This document shows positions 5,902 to 14,513 of a DNA stretch of 41,408 bases, in pieces (positions within the stretch are counted from its first letter, which is position 1; every line of letters starts with the position of its first letter). Both the position numbers and the translations under genes were made by a program. Under the pieces are notes generated by a model, which was not told the DNA's origin, ran no database searches, and saw only the letters and a list, made by a program, of their open reading frames with translations. Origin of the DNA: a virus; UHGV virus genome UHGV-1354657; one strand, given 5' to 3'.

Positions 5902-8067
5902 ATGGAAAATAATAATAAAAATAATATAGATAAGATGTTTTTAGAAGAATGTAGCGCTGAAAGAGCAGAGCATGAAAAAGAAAATTATTCAAATTTCAAT
6001 AGACATGAAACATATGAAATAAAAAAATATATAAACGAAAAAAAACTAGGAATTAAAACGGCTATAGCCAACGCGATAAATGGCGGGAAAACCCTGTTTA
6101 TTGCACCGACAGGAGCAGGAAAAAGTTATAGCTTTATAAATACATTAAAAAAATTAAAAACAAAAGCGTTATTCATACTTCCAAATGCCTCAAATGTAGA
6201 GCAGGCAATGCACGAGTATGATATACCAGGAGCATATGACAAAATACCTGTTAGCGAAGCATTTAAAAGTGGCAACTTAGTTGTAATGACTTGGGATAAA
6301 ACCGAAAAACTTATAAATACAGACTTAAGTGAATACATAATTGTAGTTGATGAGATACATCAAACTTATACAGATGCATATCGAGGAAAAGCAATAAAAA
6401 ATTTAAATAATATAATGTCTAAGTGCAAAGGAAGAATAGACATTACAGCAACACCAACAAAACTTGAATTTGAAATATATGACTACATAATAGAGTACAC
6501 TCAAAAGCAAAAAACAGAATATAAAGTTAAATTGTACAACGACTTTGACAATAAAAATTTTACTGAAATGATTAACATAATAAATAAATCTAAAAACAGC
6601 GCCATGTTGATGAATGATATATCAACATTAGAATTTATAAGAGATTCAGTGAACAAAAAAGTTGGAGTTGTATATGCAGATGGAAAAGAAGAAAATGAAT
6701 TGTACAATAGAATAGTTAAAAATTCAGACATGAAAGACTATGAAACGCTTTTAAATACAACAACAATCCTAGCTGGTGTAAATATAAACAACAAAGATAT
6801 CACAGATATAATTATTGTTAATATAAAAGATGTTGGAGCTATAAAACAGTATGTTGCGAGGTTTAGAAACTTAAAAAAAGTAAATGTACACATATTCAAT
6901 AAATATGAAGAAGAGTGCAATGTATACAAAATTGAATGGCTAGTTAACAAAAATATAGAAAAAGCAACTATCTTAAAAGATGCTTATAACAAAGTATCTA
7001 AACACATGTTACAGTTTGAAACAGTTGGAATAAATGCAACGCCAATTCGCATAGACTCAAATGTGTACTACTGTACAAAAGATAATTGCTATAAAGTAGA
7101 TAAATTATATATAAAAAGTCAAGTTTACAGCAACTATTACAATACAAGAACAATTCAAAGTTTTAAAGTGCTATTAGAAGAATATTTTGAAAATGTTAAT
7201 ATAACTGATGCTAAAGAAGTTGGCACAAATGAAAAAGAGTTAAAAGAGTACAAGAAAGTTGTAAAAGAAATTAAAGATGCAACAAGAGAAATTTTAAAAG
7301 AACATAAAGAAATTCTAGTAGGTTATAGACAGATTAAAAGCGATTCTAAGAGCTTTTCACTAATGCAGTATCATAATGATATGAAACTAAGTTCAAAAGG
7401 GTGCTTAGAGGCTTACAGAGCGTATGACATACATAATTTGGTAAAGAAAAGTAAAAGTAATAGCATGTTAGAACTATATTCTAATTATGTACTAGATAAT
7501 AAGTTCGACTTAGACCTTGCGTGGAAATTAGCAAATTTATCAAATCGAAAGCGTGGAGCAGTATTTAATAAAATAAATACTTTGATATATAGAGAATTAA
7601 AAGAAGAATGCCCAGAATTTTTAAATGATGAACTTATTCAAGTTACAGTATTTAATTTCATAGATAAGCTATTTGGGATTGGAACATCTTATACAGAACT
7701 TCATTTACAAGAGTTAAGTAACGACTTAAGAACGTTTTTAGGAGAGAATTGGGGGTTAAACACTAAAAAAATAGGTTGTATATTGAACGAAATTTTCGTA
7801 ATAGAAAAGAAAAAATATAGAAGTGTGAACCACTTAGAAAATATCTTTTTTTATAAAAATATGAATCCTAAGTGGTTCACAGTAGAAGTTAAACAAATAC
7901 AACTTAGCAATATAAAAAGATATGTAACTGTTGATGACATAAAAAAAGAATTAGAATTAGATAAAAAAGATAATAGCTTAGAGCGTGCTATAAAATATAC
8001 AAAAGATAGAATGTTAAACTCTTTAGATGAAGATGAAAAACTATTGCTATTAAAAGGATTGATGTAA
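5902..8067 (+). CDS. Superfamily-2 (DEAD/DEAH-box-like) helicase with a roughly 370-aa C-terminal domain of unknown function; candidate replication protein
   Basis: Motif I APTGAGKS, Ia LFILPN, II VVDEIH, III TATP, V TTTILAGVNI, VI QYVARFRN. RBS TGGAGGGA. No match to a named Rep family recognised from sequence alone. Confidence 0.8.
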   Translation: MENNNKNNIDKMFLEECSAERAEHEKENYSNFNRHETYEIKKYINEKKLGIKTAIANAINGGKTLFIAPTGAGKSYSFINTLKKLKTKALFILPNASNVEQAMHEYDIPGAYDKIPVSEAFKSGNLVVMTWDKTEKLINTDLSEYIIVVDEIHQTYTDAYRGKAIKNLNNIMSKCKGRIDITATPTKLEFEIYDYIIEYTQKQKTEYKVKLYNDFDNKNFTEMINIINKSKNSAMLMNDISTLEFIRDSVNKKVGVVYADGKEENELYNRIVKNSDMKDYETLLNTTTILAGVNINNKDITDIIIVNIKDVGAIKQYVARFRNLKKVNVHIFNKYEEECNVYKIEWLVNKNIEKATILKDAYNKVSKHMLQFETVGINATPIRIDSNVYYCTKDNCYKVDKLYIKSQVYSNYYNTRTIQSFKVLLEEYFENVNITDAKEVGTNEKELKEYKKVVKEIKDATREILKEHKEILVGYRQIKSDSKSFSLMQYHNDMKLSSKGCLEAYRAYDIHNLVKKSKSNSMLELYSNYVLDNKFDLDLAWKLANLSNRKRGAVFNKINTLIYRELKEECPEFLNDELIQVTVFNFIDKLFGIGTSYTELHLQELSNDLRTFLGENWGLNTKKIGCILNEIFVIEKKKYRSVNHLENIFFYKNMNPKWFTVEVKQIQLSNIKRYVTVDDIKKELELDKKDNSLERAIKYTKDRMLNSLDEDEKLLLLKGLM

Positions 8068-8120
8068 GAATTAGAAAAGAAACAGAGTCAAAAAAACAAA
8101 TGGAAATTTGCGTTTAAACA

Positions 8121-8185
8121 AAAAGTCAACGGGTCTGATTTATATATATATATATATTAATTTCAGACCCGTTGACTTTTTGATA
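8121..8185. terminator. Bidirectional terminator with a long perfect stem
   Basis: AAAGTCAACGGGTCTGA - (TA)n loop - TCAGACCCGTTGACTTTTT. Confidence 0.8.
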
Positions 8186-8368
8186 ATGAGCCATCAATTA
8201 AAATAAACATAATTAGCATACAATATTTAAAGAAATGCTATAAAAACTAGAAAGCAAAGGTTATTGAGTAAATCAGATGAAATTGAAAATAGGAATGTAT
8301 GCAATTAAAAAAGGAAAATTCACTTTAATGTAGAAATATATATAAAAAAGCAAATATAGGGGGATAAA

Positions 8369-8950
8369 ATGAAAAAAATATTATTATGTGTCATTATTGG
8401 AATGTTAGGATTAACTTTAGTTGCCTGTTCATCAACAGCAAGTGGAGATAAGATTAATGGAATTGAAATTGTTGCAAAAGAAACATCTGCAGAACAAGTC
8501 AAAGGAAATTGCAATCAAGATGGGAGCTACAATGAAAATGGAGAGTATTTTCAAGTGGGATTGGATACAGCTAAGGCGTCAGACTATGAATATAAAATAG
8601 TTAATGTGTCAGTTGAAAATACTAGCGACGAGGCTATTAAACTGTTTCAAACAGGTTGGAATGCTACAGCTAAGGACGGCTACGAATTTGAACATATAAG
8701 GGTTACAGATAAGTTAGAAAATCAACAAGTGCCTGCAAATTATTCTTTTGATGCACAAGTTAAGATACTAGTCGAAAAGAAAATGAATGTAAAAGAGATA
8801 ATACTTAAATATAATTTAAAAGACTATAGTAACTTAACTAATGCTATGAAAGACGCAAGTTCTGGAGCTACTAAAGAGGATATACAAAAGAAGTATCCAG
8901 AATTATATGACGATAATTGGATAGAATTTGGAACTATAAAATTTGAATAA
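8369..8950 (+). CDS. Lipoprotein (signal peptide plus lipobox LTLVAC); superinfection-exclusion candidate
   Basis: MKKILLCVIIGMLGLTLVAC|SS; RBS AGGGGGA. Confidence 0.75.
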   Translation: MKKILLCVIIGMLGLTLVACSSTASGDKINGIEIVAKETSAEQVKGNCNQDGSYNENGEYFQVGLDTAKASDYEYKIVNVSVENTSDEAIKLFQTGWNATAKDGYEFEHIRVTDKLENQQVPANYSFDAQVKILVEKKMNVKEIILKYNLKDYSNLTNAMKDASSGATKEDIQKKYPELYDDNWIEFGTIKFE

Positions 8951-9206
8951 AAAAGGAAAAGGCTTAATGTTTTGCATTAGGTCTTTTAAATATAGTAAAC
9001 AGCATTGTTATGTTCTAATTTTTGTGGAATTATTTTCCAGTGGAATGAATGGCGAAATAGTACTATAATCGTAGTATAAGGTATAATTTTGTCATAAATC
9101 GTACATATGTTCTTGAAAATAATACAAAAGGGGAGTATAATATTTGATAGTTACATACTTGATACAATTATTATCTTATTATTTTTTTCACAGGGGGATT
9201 GGGTAT

Positions 9207-9350
9207 ATGAAAATCGAATATATTAACACGGAAGAATATACTGAATTTATTGAATTTATTGAATTTATTGTTAGTGCTAAAAAAACTAAAATGAAAGAAT
9301 TTATATACATAAAAAAAGTTCTTTTTGAATTAGAAAAAGAAGATAGATAG
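9207..9350 (+). CDS. Small protein (47 aa) with three tandem 9-bp repeats (EFIEFIEFI), expressed from its own promoter and terminator
   Basis: Promoter TTGAAA-17-TATAAT (9111-9140); RBS GGGGGA 8 nt before the ATG; terminator 9338-9370. Confidence 0.45.
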   Translation: MKIEYINTEEYTEFIEFIEFIVSAKKTKMKEFIYIKKVLFELEKEDR

Positions 9351-9370
9351 TATCTATCTTCTTTTTTTTA
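9338..9370. terminator. Bidirectional terminator
   Basis: GAAGATAGATAgtATCTATCTTC followed by TTTTTTTT. Confidence 0.7.
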
Positions 9371-9736
9371 TTCAGAGTCTAACGATTTTTGCATTAATTT
9401 TTTTATATGTTCTCTTTTACTTGGCGTTAATTTTAAATATAATTTTGCCATTTCCTCAATTTCTGGGTCTAAATCTAAGTCAATTAGTGGGTCTATAAAT
9501 TTCTTACCTATTCCATTCACTAGCCAATCCTTATTCACCTTGTAAACTCTGCAAATATCATCTATTGCCCTGTCCGTTGGTATTCTATACCCTTTTTCGT
9601 AAGAAGCAATCTGGCTTTGACTTAAATTTATTTTTTCGCCAAAAGCCTTTTGTGATATATTTTCAAAACTTCTTATTTCTGCAACTCTTTCGCATATGCC
9701 AGGTATTTTACCCTCGTTACTATTTCTTTCCTTCAA
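9368..9736 (-). CDS. cI-like XRE-family HTH repressor
   Basis: HTH QKAFGEKINLSQSQIASYEKGYRIPTDRAIDDICRVY. TTG start at 9736 with AAAGGAGGAG upstream (the track's ATG at 9787 lacks an RBS). It is divergent from the early operon. Confidence 0.7.
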   Translation of the reverse strand: MKERNSNEGKIPGICERVAEIRSFENISQKAFGEKINLSQSQIASYEKGYRIPTDRAIDDICRVYKVNKDWLVNGIGKKFIDPLIDLDLDPEIEEMAKLYLKLTPSKREHIKKLMQKSLDSE

Positions 9737-9789
9737 AGTAAACTCCTCCTTTTGCGATATTATAACATACATAATATCACAAAGCAATG

Positions 9790-9905
9790 TAATGCGATTT
9801 AAAATATTGCAAAAATATTATTTTTATTATTTAGTGATAAATAGTATTGCAAAGTAATAAAAAGTGTATTATAATCTTTTTATAGAATTAAAAAAAGGAG
9901 GGGCA
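9790..9905. promoter_or_regulatory. Lysis-lysogeny switch region: divergent promoters and TATTGCAAA operator repeats
   Basis: AAATATTGCAAAAATATT and AATAGTATTGCAAAGTAATA. Early promoter with extended -10 TGTATTATAAT; repressor -10 TTATAAT on the minus strand. Confidence 0.5.
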
Positions 9906-9908
9906 AAT

Positions 9909-10061
9909 ATGGAATATAACGTACCATATGACCAAAAAGACTTCTTAGAATTTCTTAAATTAGGTGAGACTATCATGGGGCAAAATCCTTTGAAATTTCA
10001 AAGATTAATCGGACGCATGCAAGGAATAGTTGATTGTTTAGAAGATGAAGAGGAGCAATAA
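9909..10061 (+). CDS. First early-operon small protein (Cro position); no HTH recognised
   Basis: ATG at 9909 with AAAAAGGAGGGG upstream; 50 aa. Confidence 0.5.
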   Translation: MEYNVPYDQKDFLEFLKLGETIMGQNPLKFQRLIGRMQGIVDCLEDEEEQ

Positions 10062-10142
10062 ATGCTAATTAAATAAAAGCGTACTTTGACGGCTACGCTA
10101 AACCAATTAAAAAAGTAAAAAAATAAATAAGGAGGCTGGAAA

Positions 10143-10559
10143 ATGATAAAAGTTATTTTATGTAGTACTATCGACGAATACATGGAGTATGAGGACGTAA
10201 TAGGAGCAAAGGACAGCTATTTGATGGATGTTATCATAGGTGGCGAATGTTCAGAAATTGATGCTATAGAAACTTTAGAAATTTTAAAAAATAGTAAAGC
10301 GAGAGTTATATCAGAAGCAGAAAAAACTTTAGAAATTGGTAAGCAAATAGTAAAAGGTATAGAGCAAGGTATAAAAGAGGGTTCAAAACTAAAAAGGAGG
10401 ATATGTTGTGATAATTGTGGGGCAAGTGTAGGCAGTTCGGAGGAATTAACTTCAATGCCAATTTTAGAAAATTATAACAACAATCGTTCCGTTTCTGACC
10501 AACTAGGAAGTATAGACGTATGCCCAGATTGTTTGCTAGAAATAACAGACTTACTGTAA
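10143..10559 (+). CDS. Hypothetical protein with a C-terminal CxxC...CxxC zinc-finger
   Basis: RBS AAGGAGG; CCDNCG...CPDC. Confidence 0.6.
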   Translation: MIKVILCSTIDEYMEYEDVIGAKDSYLMDVIIGGECSEIDAIETLEILKNSKARVISEAEKTLEIGKQIVKGIEQGIKEGSKLKRRICCDNCGASVGSSEELTSMPILENYNNNRSVSDQLGSIDVCPDCLLEITDLL

Positions 10560-10634
10560 TTCCCTGTTTTAGTTGAAAAGAAACAAAAGGTAACAGCGTA
10601 AGCCGTCAATAAAAAAGAAGGGAGGATTTAAAAA

Positions 10635-11039
10635 ATGATTAATTTAGAAACATTGTGCAATGGAGAAACAAAAGAAAAAATTGAAAGTGGGTTCATGGAG
10701 ATATTTAAAAACATACAAGACCCTAATACGCCAGCAACATCTACAAGGTCTTTGACTGTAAAGGTTACACTGAAACCAGGCAAAAATCGTTCTCATGTTA
10801 ATACGCAAATACAAGTTATTCCAAAACTCGCAAGTGTCTTACCTAGTGAAACGGACATTATAGTTGAAAAGGACTTTAGAACTGGAGAAGTTAATGCAAA
10901 TGAATATGGAAACCAGTTGCCAGGACAAGTAAAATTAGGCGACTTGGAGAGTAAAGAAACAAATGTAACAGAAGAAACAGAAGTAAAAGAAAGTGAAGAA
11001 GATAATATTCGTAAATTTAAGAGTTTAAAAGACTTATAA
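10635..11039 (+). CDS. Hypothetical early protein
   Basis: RBS GAAGGGAGGA; no recognised domain. Confidence 0.6.
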   Translation: MINLETLCNGETKEKIESGFMEIFKNIQDPNTPATSTRSLTVKVTLKPGKNRSHVNTQIQVIPKLASVLPSETDIIVEKDFRTGEVNANEYGNQLPGQVKLGDLESKETNVTEETEVKESEEDNIRKFKSLKDL

Positions 11040-11061
11040 AAATTAAAAAGGAGTGTTTAAT

Positions 11062-11775
11062 ATGTTAACAGATTTATTTAACAGAATAATGGAAGTTGGA
11101 GCAAGAAAAATAGAAACGAAGGAAATTAATGGGGTTACATATACAGCAGACCATTTAATTCCAGTACATTCAAAGCCAGTTGAAATAATTGGTTTAAACA
11201 CATTGGACGGTTTAATAGGGTATATAAAATCAGAGTTTGATAGTGATGCTAAAAGTGATAGACTTATAGTTCATGTTGAAAGCTCTAAGAGTGTTGCATT
11301 GTACTCTGAATTAATGGCAAGTGGGAAAAGGAATGTTTATGTTCATAGTAAAGCATTATCACCTCATATCAATTTTGGTTGTTCACTTGATACAGAAGAA
11401 TTTAATATTATGTTACAATCCTCTTTTGTAGATACAGAAGATAAAAATTTGCTTTTAAAAGTAGCTGGGAATGTAAAAGAAACTAGCGTAAAAACTGTGC
11501 AGGATGATGGAGTATCGCAAGTTGTTGCAATGAGTACAGGCGTGGCAAGCGTCGAGGATGTAATACTACCTAATAGGGTTAAGTTAAAACCTTACAGAAC
11601 TTTTGTAGAAGTAGACCAGCCCGAGAGTGAATTTATTTTCAGAGTAAAAGAGGGCATTACATTTAAGTTAATCGAAGCAGATGGTGGAGCATGGAGACTT
11701 GAAGCGATAAAGAATATAAAAGAGTACTTAGAGAAGAAATTAGAAGGTATTGAAAATATAGATATAATAGCATAA
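11062..11775 (+). CDS. Hypothetical early protein
   Basis: ATG at 11062 after AAAAAGGAG; followed by terminator 11784-11814. Confidence 0.6.
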   Translation: MLTDLFNRIMEVGARKIETKEINGVTYTADHLIPVHSKPVEIIGLNTLDGLIGYIKSEFDSDAKSDRLIVHVESSKSVALYSELMASGKRNVYVHSKALSPHINFGCSLDTEEFNIMLQSSFVDTEDKNLLLKVAGNVKETSVKTVQDDGVSQVVAMSTGVASVEDVILPNRVKLKPYRTFVEVDQPESEFIFRVKEGITFKLIEADGGAWRLEAIKNIKEYLEKKLEGIENIDIIA

Positions 11776-11783
11776 AAAATTGA

Positions 11784-11814
11784 AGAGGCTGGACTAAATA
11801 ACCAGCCTCTTTTA
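11784..11814 (+). terminator. Rho-independent terminator
   Basis: AGAGGCTGGactaaataaCCAGCCTCT followed by TTT. Confidence 0.7.
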
Positions 11815-11831
11815 AAAAAGGAGTGTTTATT

Positions 11832-11996
11832 TTGTATAAAGATATAACAAAAATGGGAGCAATCGAACGTGGGGAATATGTTGGTAATGTTGCTCTTGAA
11901 TTAAGGGAAGAAAATCCTCATCTTAGTAAAATAGATTTAATTGAGTTAGCTCTTAAGAAAATAAGAGAGGAAAGTGAACAGGAGGCTGGGCAATGA
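11832..11996 (+). CDS. Small hypothetical protein (54 aa, TTG start)
   Basis: RBS AAAAAAGGAG; its stop overlaps the next gene's ATG (ATGA). Confidence 0.4.
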   Translation: MYKDITKMGAIERGEYVGNVALELREENPHLSKIDLIELALKKIREESEQEAGQ

Positions 11997-12316
11997 AAAT
12001 AGGTAAATACTTAATCGTTTCCCAGGAGCAGGTGGATAGAAATATTGAATGTTTGAAAGAAGAAAGCAAAGTAAGGGACGATAAAATAAGGTTTTATGAG
12101 CGTATTATGAGTAACAATGAAGAATTGATTCAAATTTTAGAAGAACAGTTGAAAGAATATAAAAGTGAATTAGATGTATATAGCTTGTTTATAGATTGTA
12201 TTTTAAATAAAGAAACAAGGAAAGCGATAGCGATTTATAACAGAACTAAAAGCATTAGAATTAAGCAGAAATGTCTTAATTCTATACCTGTGAAAAGGGT
12301 TAAGTTAAAAAAATAA
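11993..12316 (+). CDS. Hypothetical protein
   Basis: 107-aa ORF; coiled-coil-like. Confidence 0.55.
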   Translation: MKIGKYLIVSQEQVDRNIECLKEESKVRDDKIRFYERIMSNNEELIQILEEQLKEYKSELDVYSLFIDCILNKETRKAIAIYNRTKSIRIKQKCLNSIPVKRVKLKK

Positions 12317-12348
12317 TTTCCTTGTAGGAATAAATGAGGTGTTTAAAT

Positions 12349-12498
12349 ATGAGTGAATTTGTGCAGTGTTGTTGCTGTGAAAAAATAATAAATATAGAAG
12401 AAAATAACCATGTACAGTATGAAAAAGAGGCTCTAGGTTTAGTTTTTACACTGTATTTCTGCTTAAATTGCGTAGATGAATTAAGCGAAATGGAATAA
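12349..12498 (+). CDS. Small Zn-ribbon protein (49 aa)
   Basis: CCCC...CLNC; RBS TGAGGTG. Confidence 0.45.
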   Translation: MSEFVQCCCCEKIINIEENNHVQYEKEALGLVFTLYFCLNCVDELSEME

Positions 12499-12528
12499 TT
12501 TTTAAATGACGAATGGAGGTATATAGAT

Positions 12529-12702
12529 ATGATAATGAAAAATGTTTTAAAACTATTAGCAATGTATTGTTTTTGCCCAGAGTGTGGAAGTGATGAACTT
12601 GGAGAAGGTGAAGGAAGTTTAATCGTTGATGAGTATACATTTCATAGAAAGTGTAAATGTGGATTTGACGTGATAGTAGATGAAAGGGAGGACAAAATAT
12701 AA
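12529..12702 (+). CDS. Small Zn-ribbon protein (57 aa)
   Basis: CPECG...CKCG; RBS GGAGGT 8 nt upstream. Confidence 0.45.
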   Translation: MIMKNVLKLLAMYCFCPECGSDELGEGEGSLIVDEYTFHRKCKCGFDVIVDEREDKI

Positions 12703-12821
12703 TGAATTTCTTAGGAATGATAATTTTGATTATATTTGCATTTTTTATTGGTCGTATATATGAATATAGAGTTAATTTAAGAGAATGTGAGAATTGTAAG
12801 GGAGAGGTTGGAAATGAATAA
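12702..12821 (+). CDS. Possible small membrane peptide (39 aa)
   Basis: MNFLGMIILIIFAFFIGRIY...; starts at ATAATG, overlapping the previous stop; ends overlapping the ssb start. Confidence 0.3.
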   Translation: MNFLGMIILIIFAFFIGRIYEYRVNLRECENCKGEVGNE

Positions 12822-13221
12822 CACTACACTAATTGGTAGACTAACAAGAGACCCCGAATTGAAATATATACCAGGCTCGGGAACGGCTGTATCGACTTTT
12901 ACAATAGCAGTAGATAGAGATTATATTAAAAAAGATGGAACTAAGGAAACTGATTTTATACCTATTGAGGTGATGGGGAAGTTAGCAGAAGTATGTGCTA
13001 ATAATTTAGGTAAAGGTAGGTTAGTAGCGGTTGAAGGGTCTATAAGAGTTAATAGTTATGAAAAAGACGGCGAGAAAAGAACTTATACAAAAGTTCATGC
13101 TAATAAAATTAAATTTTTAGATTATAAAAAAGAGGATAATGAAAAAGAATGTAAGTTCGAGCCGGGAGGCTTAGACCCGCAAGGTTTCCAGGCTATAGAC
13201 GACGACGATATACCTTTTTAA
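12814..13221 (+). CDS. ssb: Single-stranded DNA-binding protein
   Basis: OB-fold N-terminus and the acidic tail DDDIPF; RBS AAGGGAGAGG. Confidence 0.9.
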   Translation: MNNTTLIGRLTRDPELKYIPGSGTAVSTFTIAVDRDYIKKDGTKETDFIPIEVMGKLAEVCANNLGKGRLVAVEGSIRVNSYEKDGEKRTYTKVHANKIKFLDYKKEDNEKECKFEPGGLDPQGFQAIDDDDIPF

Positions 13222-13233
13222 GTAGGTGATTAA

Positions 13234-13596
13234 ATGATTAAAAAAGTAGAAAAAATTTTTAGTGGTTCAGTTAATCCGAAATTTATGGAAGATGACCCAA
13301 CTTTTAAAAATTATTTAGCGTTATATTGTTGCATAAAACCGGTTAAAGTTCATGGAAATAAAAAGGTTTTGGCTAGTTCTACTAAGGCATGTAGTGCATT
13401 GAAAATTAGAGAGCATCAGAAAAAAGAACGTAAAAAGGTAAGACTTATAAATGCGAAAACAGGTGAAATAAAAGAAATGGCTATAGATGAAGCAGAAAAT
13501 TTTTTGAATGTTAAAAACTTGTATCCGGTTATTTGGCGAGGGAGACCAACTCGAACTGGTTGGTATGTAAAGGATGTTGAAGATGAAGGAGACTAA
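13234..13596 (+). CDS. Hypothetical protein
   Basis: 120-aa ORF. Confidence 0.55.
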   Translation: MIKKVEKIFSGSVNPKFMEDDPTFKNYLALYCCIKPVKVHGNKKVLASSTKACSALKIREHQKKERKKVRLINAKTGEIKEMAIDEAENFLNVKNLYPVIWRGRPTRTGWYVKDVEDEGD

Positions 13597-13753
13597 ATAT
13601 AATGTTGTGTATTTTGATTTAAAGACTTTAAAATTTAATGAAAAAAGTTTTGACACTTTAAAAGATGCTAGAGCATTTAAAAAAGAAAAAGAGAAAAAAT
13701 ACGAAAATGTTGAGATTATTAAAAAGACAATTATAGAAAAATTGATGGTATAG
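13583..13753 (+). CDS. Small hypothetical protein (56 aa)
   Basis: MKETKYNVVYFDLKTLKFNEKSF...; overlaps the previous gene's end. Confidence 0.35.
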   Translation: MKETKYNVVYFDLKTLKFNEKSFDTLKDARAFKKEKEKKYENVEIIKKTIIEKLMV

Positions 13754-13764
13754 GAAGTGAATTT

Positions 13765-14337
13765 ATGGCAAAAAAGAAAAGGATTTGTTCATGGTGTGGT
13801 AAGTCGTTTTTTACAGAGTCGAAAAATAGATTTTGCTGTAAATCATGCGAAAGAAAGTATAAAAAAGACAAAGAAAAAAACGTAAGTTCTTGCTTAGTTG
13901 AAGAAACCAAAGAATATTTAATTGAACTTGGAAATAAGAAAAGAAGAGTAGATATTCTAAGAAAAGAGATAGATTTTTTAAAAGATAAAGAATTTTATAG
14001 AGAAATAAATTTCAATGAATTGGGATTTAAAATACATTCTAGCCCGAAGGGCATAGATGAAATGGTTATGAATAATGAGGATAAAATATCATTGAAGGAA
14101 AGTGAAATTGATTTTATAGAATATAGATTAAGACTAATGGATATTTACATAAGTGAACTTACAGAAGAGAAACAGCAGATTATAAAATTCATGTATTTTT
14201 ACGATGGAGCAAGTAAACTTTCTAATGAAGAAATTGCATCAAAGCTTAAATGTAGTCGTAGTAATATTCATTATAAGCACGCAGAAGCATTGAAAGAACT
14301 GACTGAAATGCTTTTTGAAAGTGGAAGTCTTTTGTAG
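13765..14337 (+). CDS. Putative late-gene transcriptional activator (N-terminal Zn-ribbon plus C-terminal sigma-70 region-4/ArpU-RinA-like HTH)
   Basis: CSWCG...CKSCE, then LTEEKQQIIKFMYFYDGASKLSNEEIASKLKCSRSNIHYKHAEALKEL. Its position immediately upstream of the packaging module fits this role. Confidence 0.5.
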   Translation: MAKKKRICSWCGKSFFTESKNRFCCKSCERKYKKDKEKNVSSCLVEETKEYLIELGNKKRRVDILRKEIDFLKDKEFYREINFNELGFKIHSSPKGIDEMVMNNEDKISLKESEIDFIEYRLRLMDIYISELTEEKQQIIKFMYFYDGASKLSNEEIASKLKCSRSNIHYKHAEALKELTEMLFESGSLL

Positions 14338-14442
14338 AACAAAAAAAGACGGTTTTTAGGACAAAGTTAGAACACTCTTTTACGTTTATATAGTGTATAA
14401 TATTAATATCAAGAAGTTTAAAATTAAATAAATATAGATTTG

Positions 14443-14470
14443 AAGCCTAACGGAAATGTTGGGCTTTTAT
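14443..14470 (+). terminator. Rho-independent terminator
   Basis: AAGCCTAACggaaatGTTGGGCTT followed by TTAT. Confidence 0.5.
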
Positions 14471-14513
14471 AATGCAAATTAATATTAAAGGGGGCTTAAG
14501 AAGGTGAATAGAA

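Noticed and set aside
6126-6950. Three 70-76-aa minus-strand ORFs inside the helicase gene
   Set aside because: Antisense shadows with no RBS or independent support.
9144-9206. N-terminal extension of the 9207-9350 ORF from the ORF track (start at 9144)
   Set aside because: The upstream ATG lies inside the promoter/leader and lacks an RBS. The ATG at 9207 has GGGGGA at optimal spacing.
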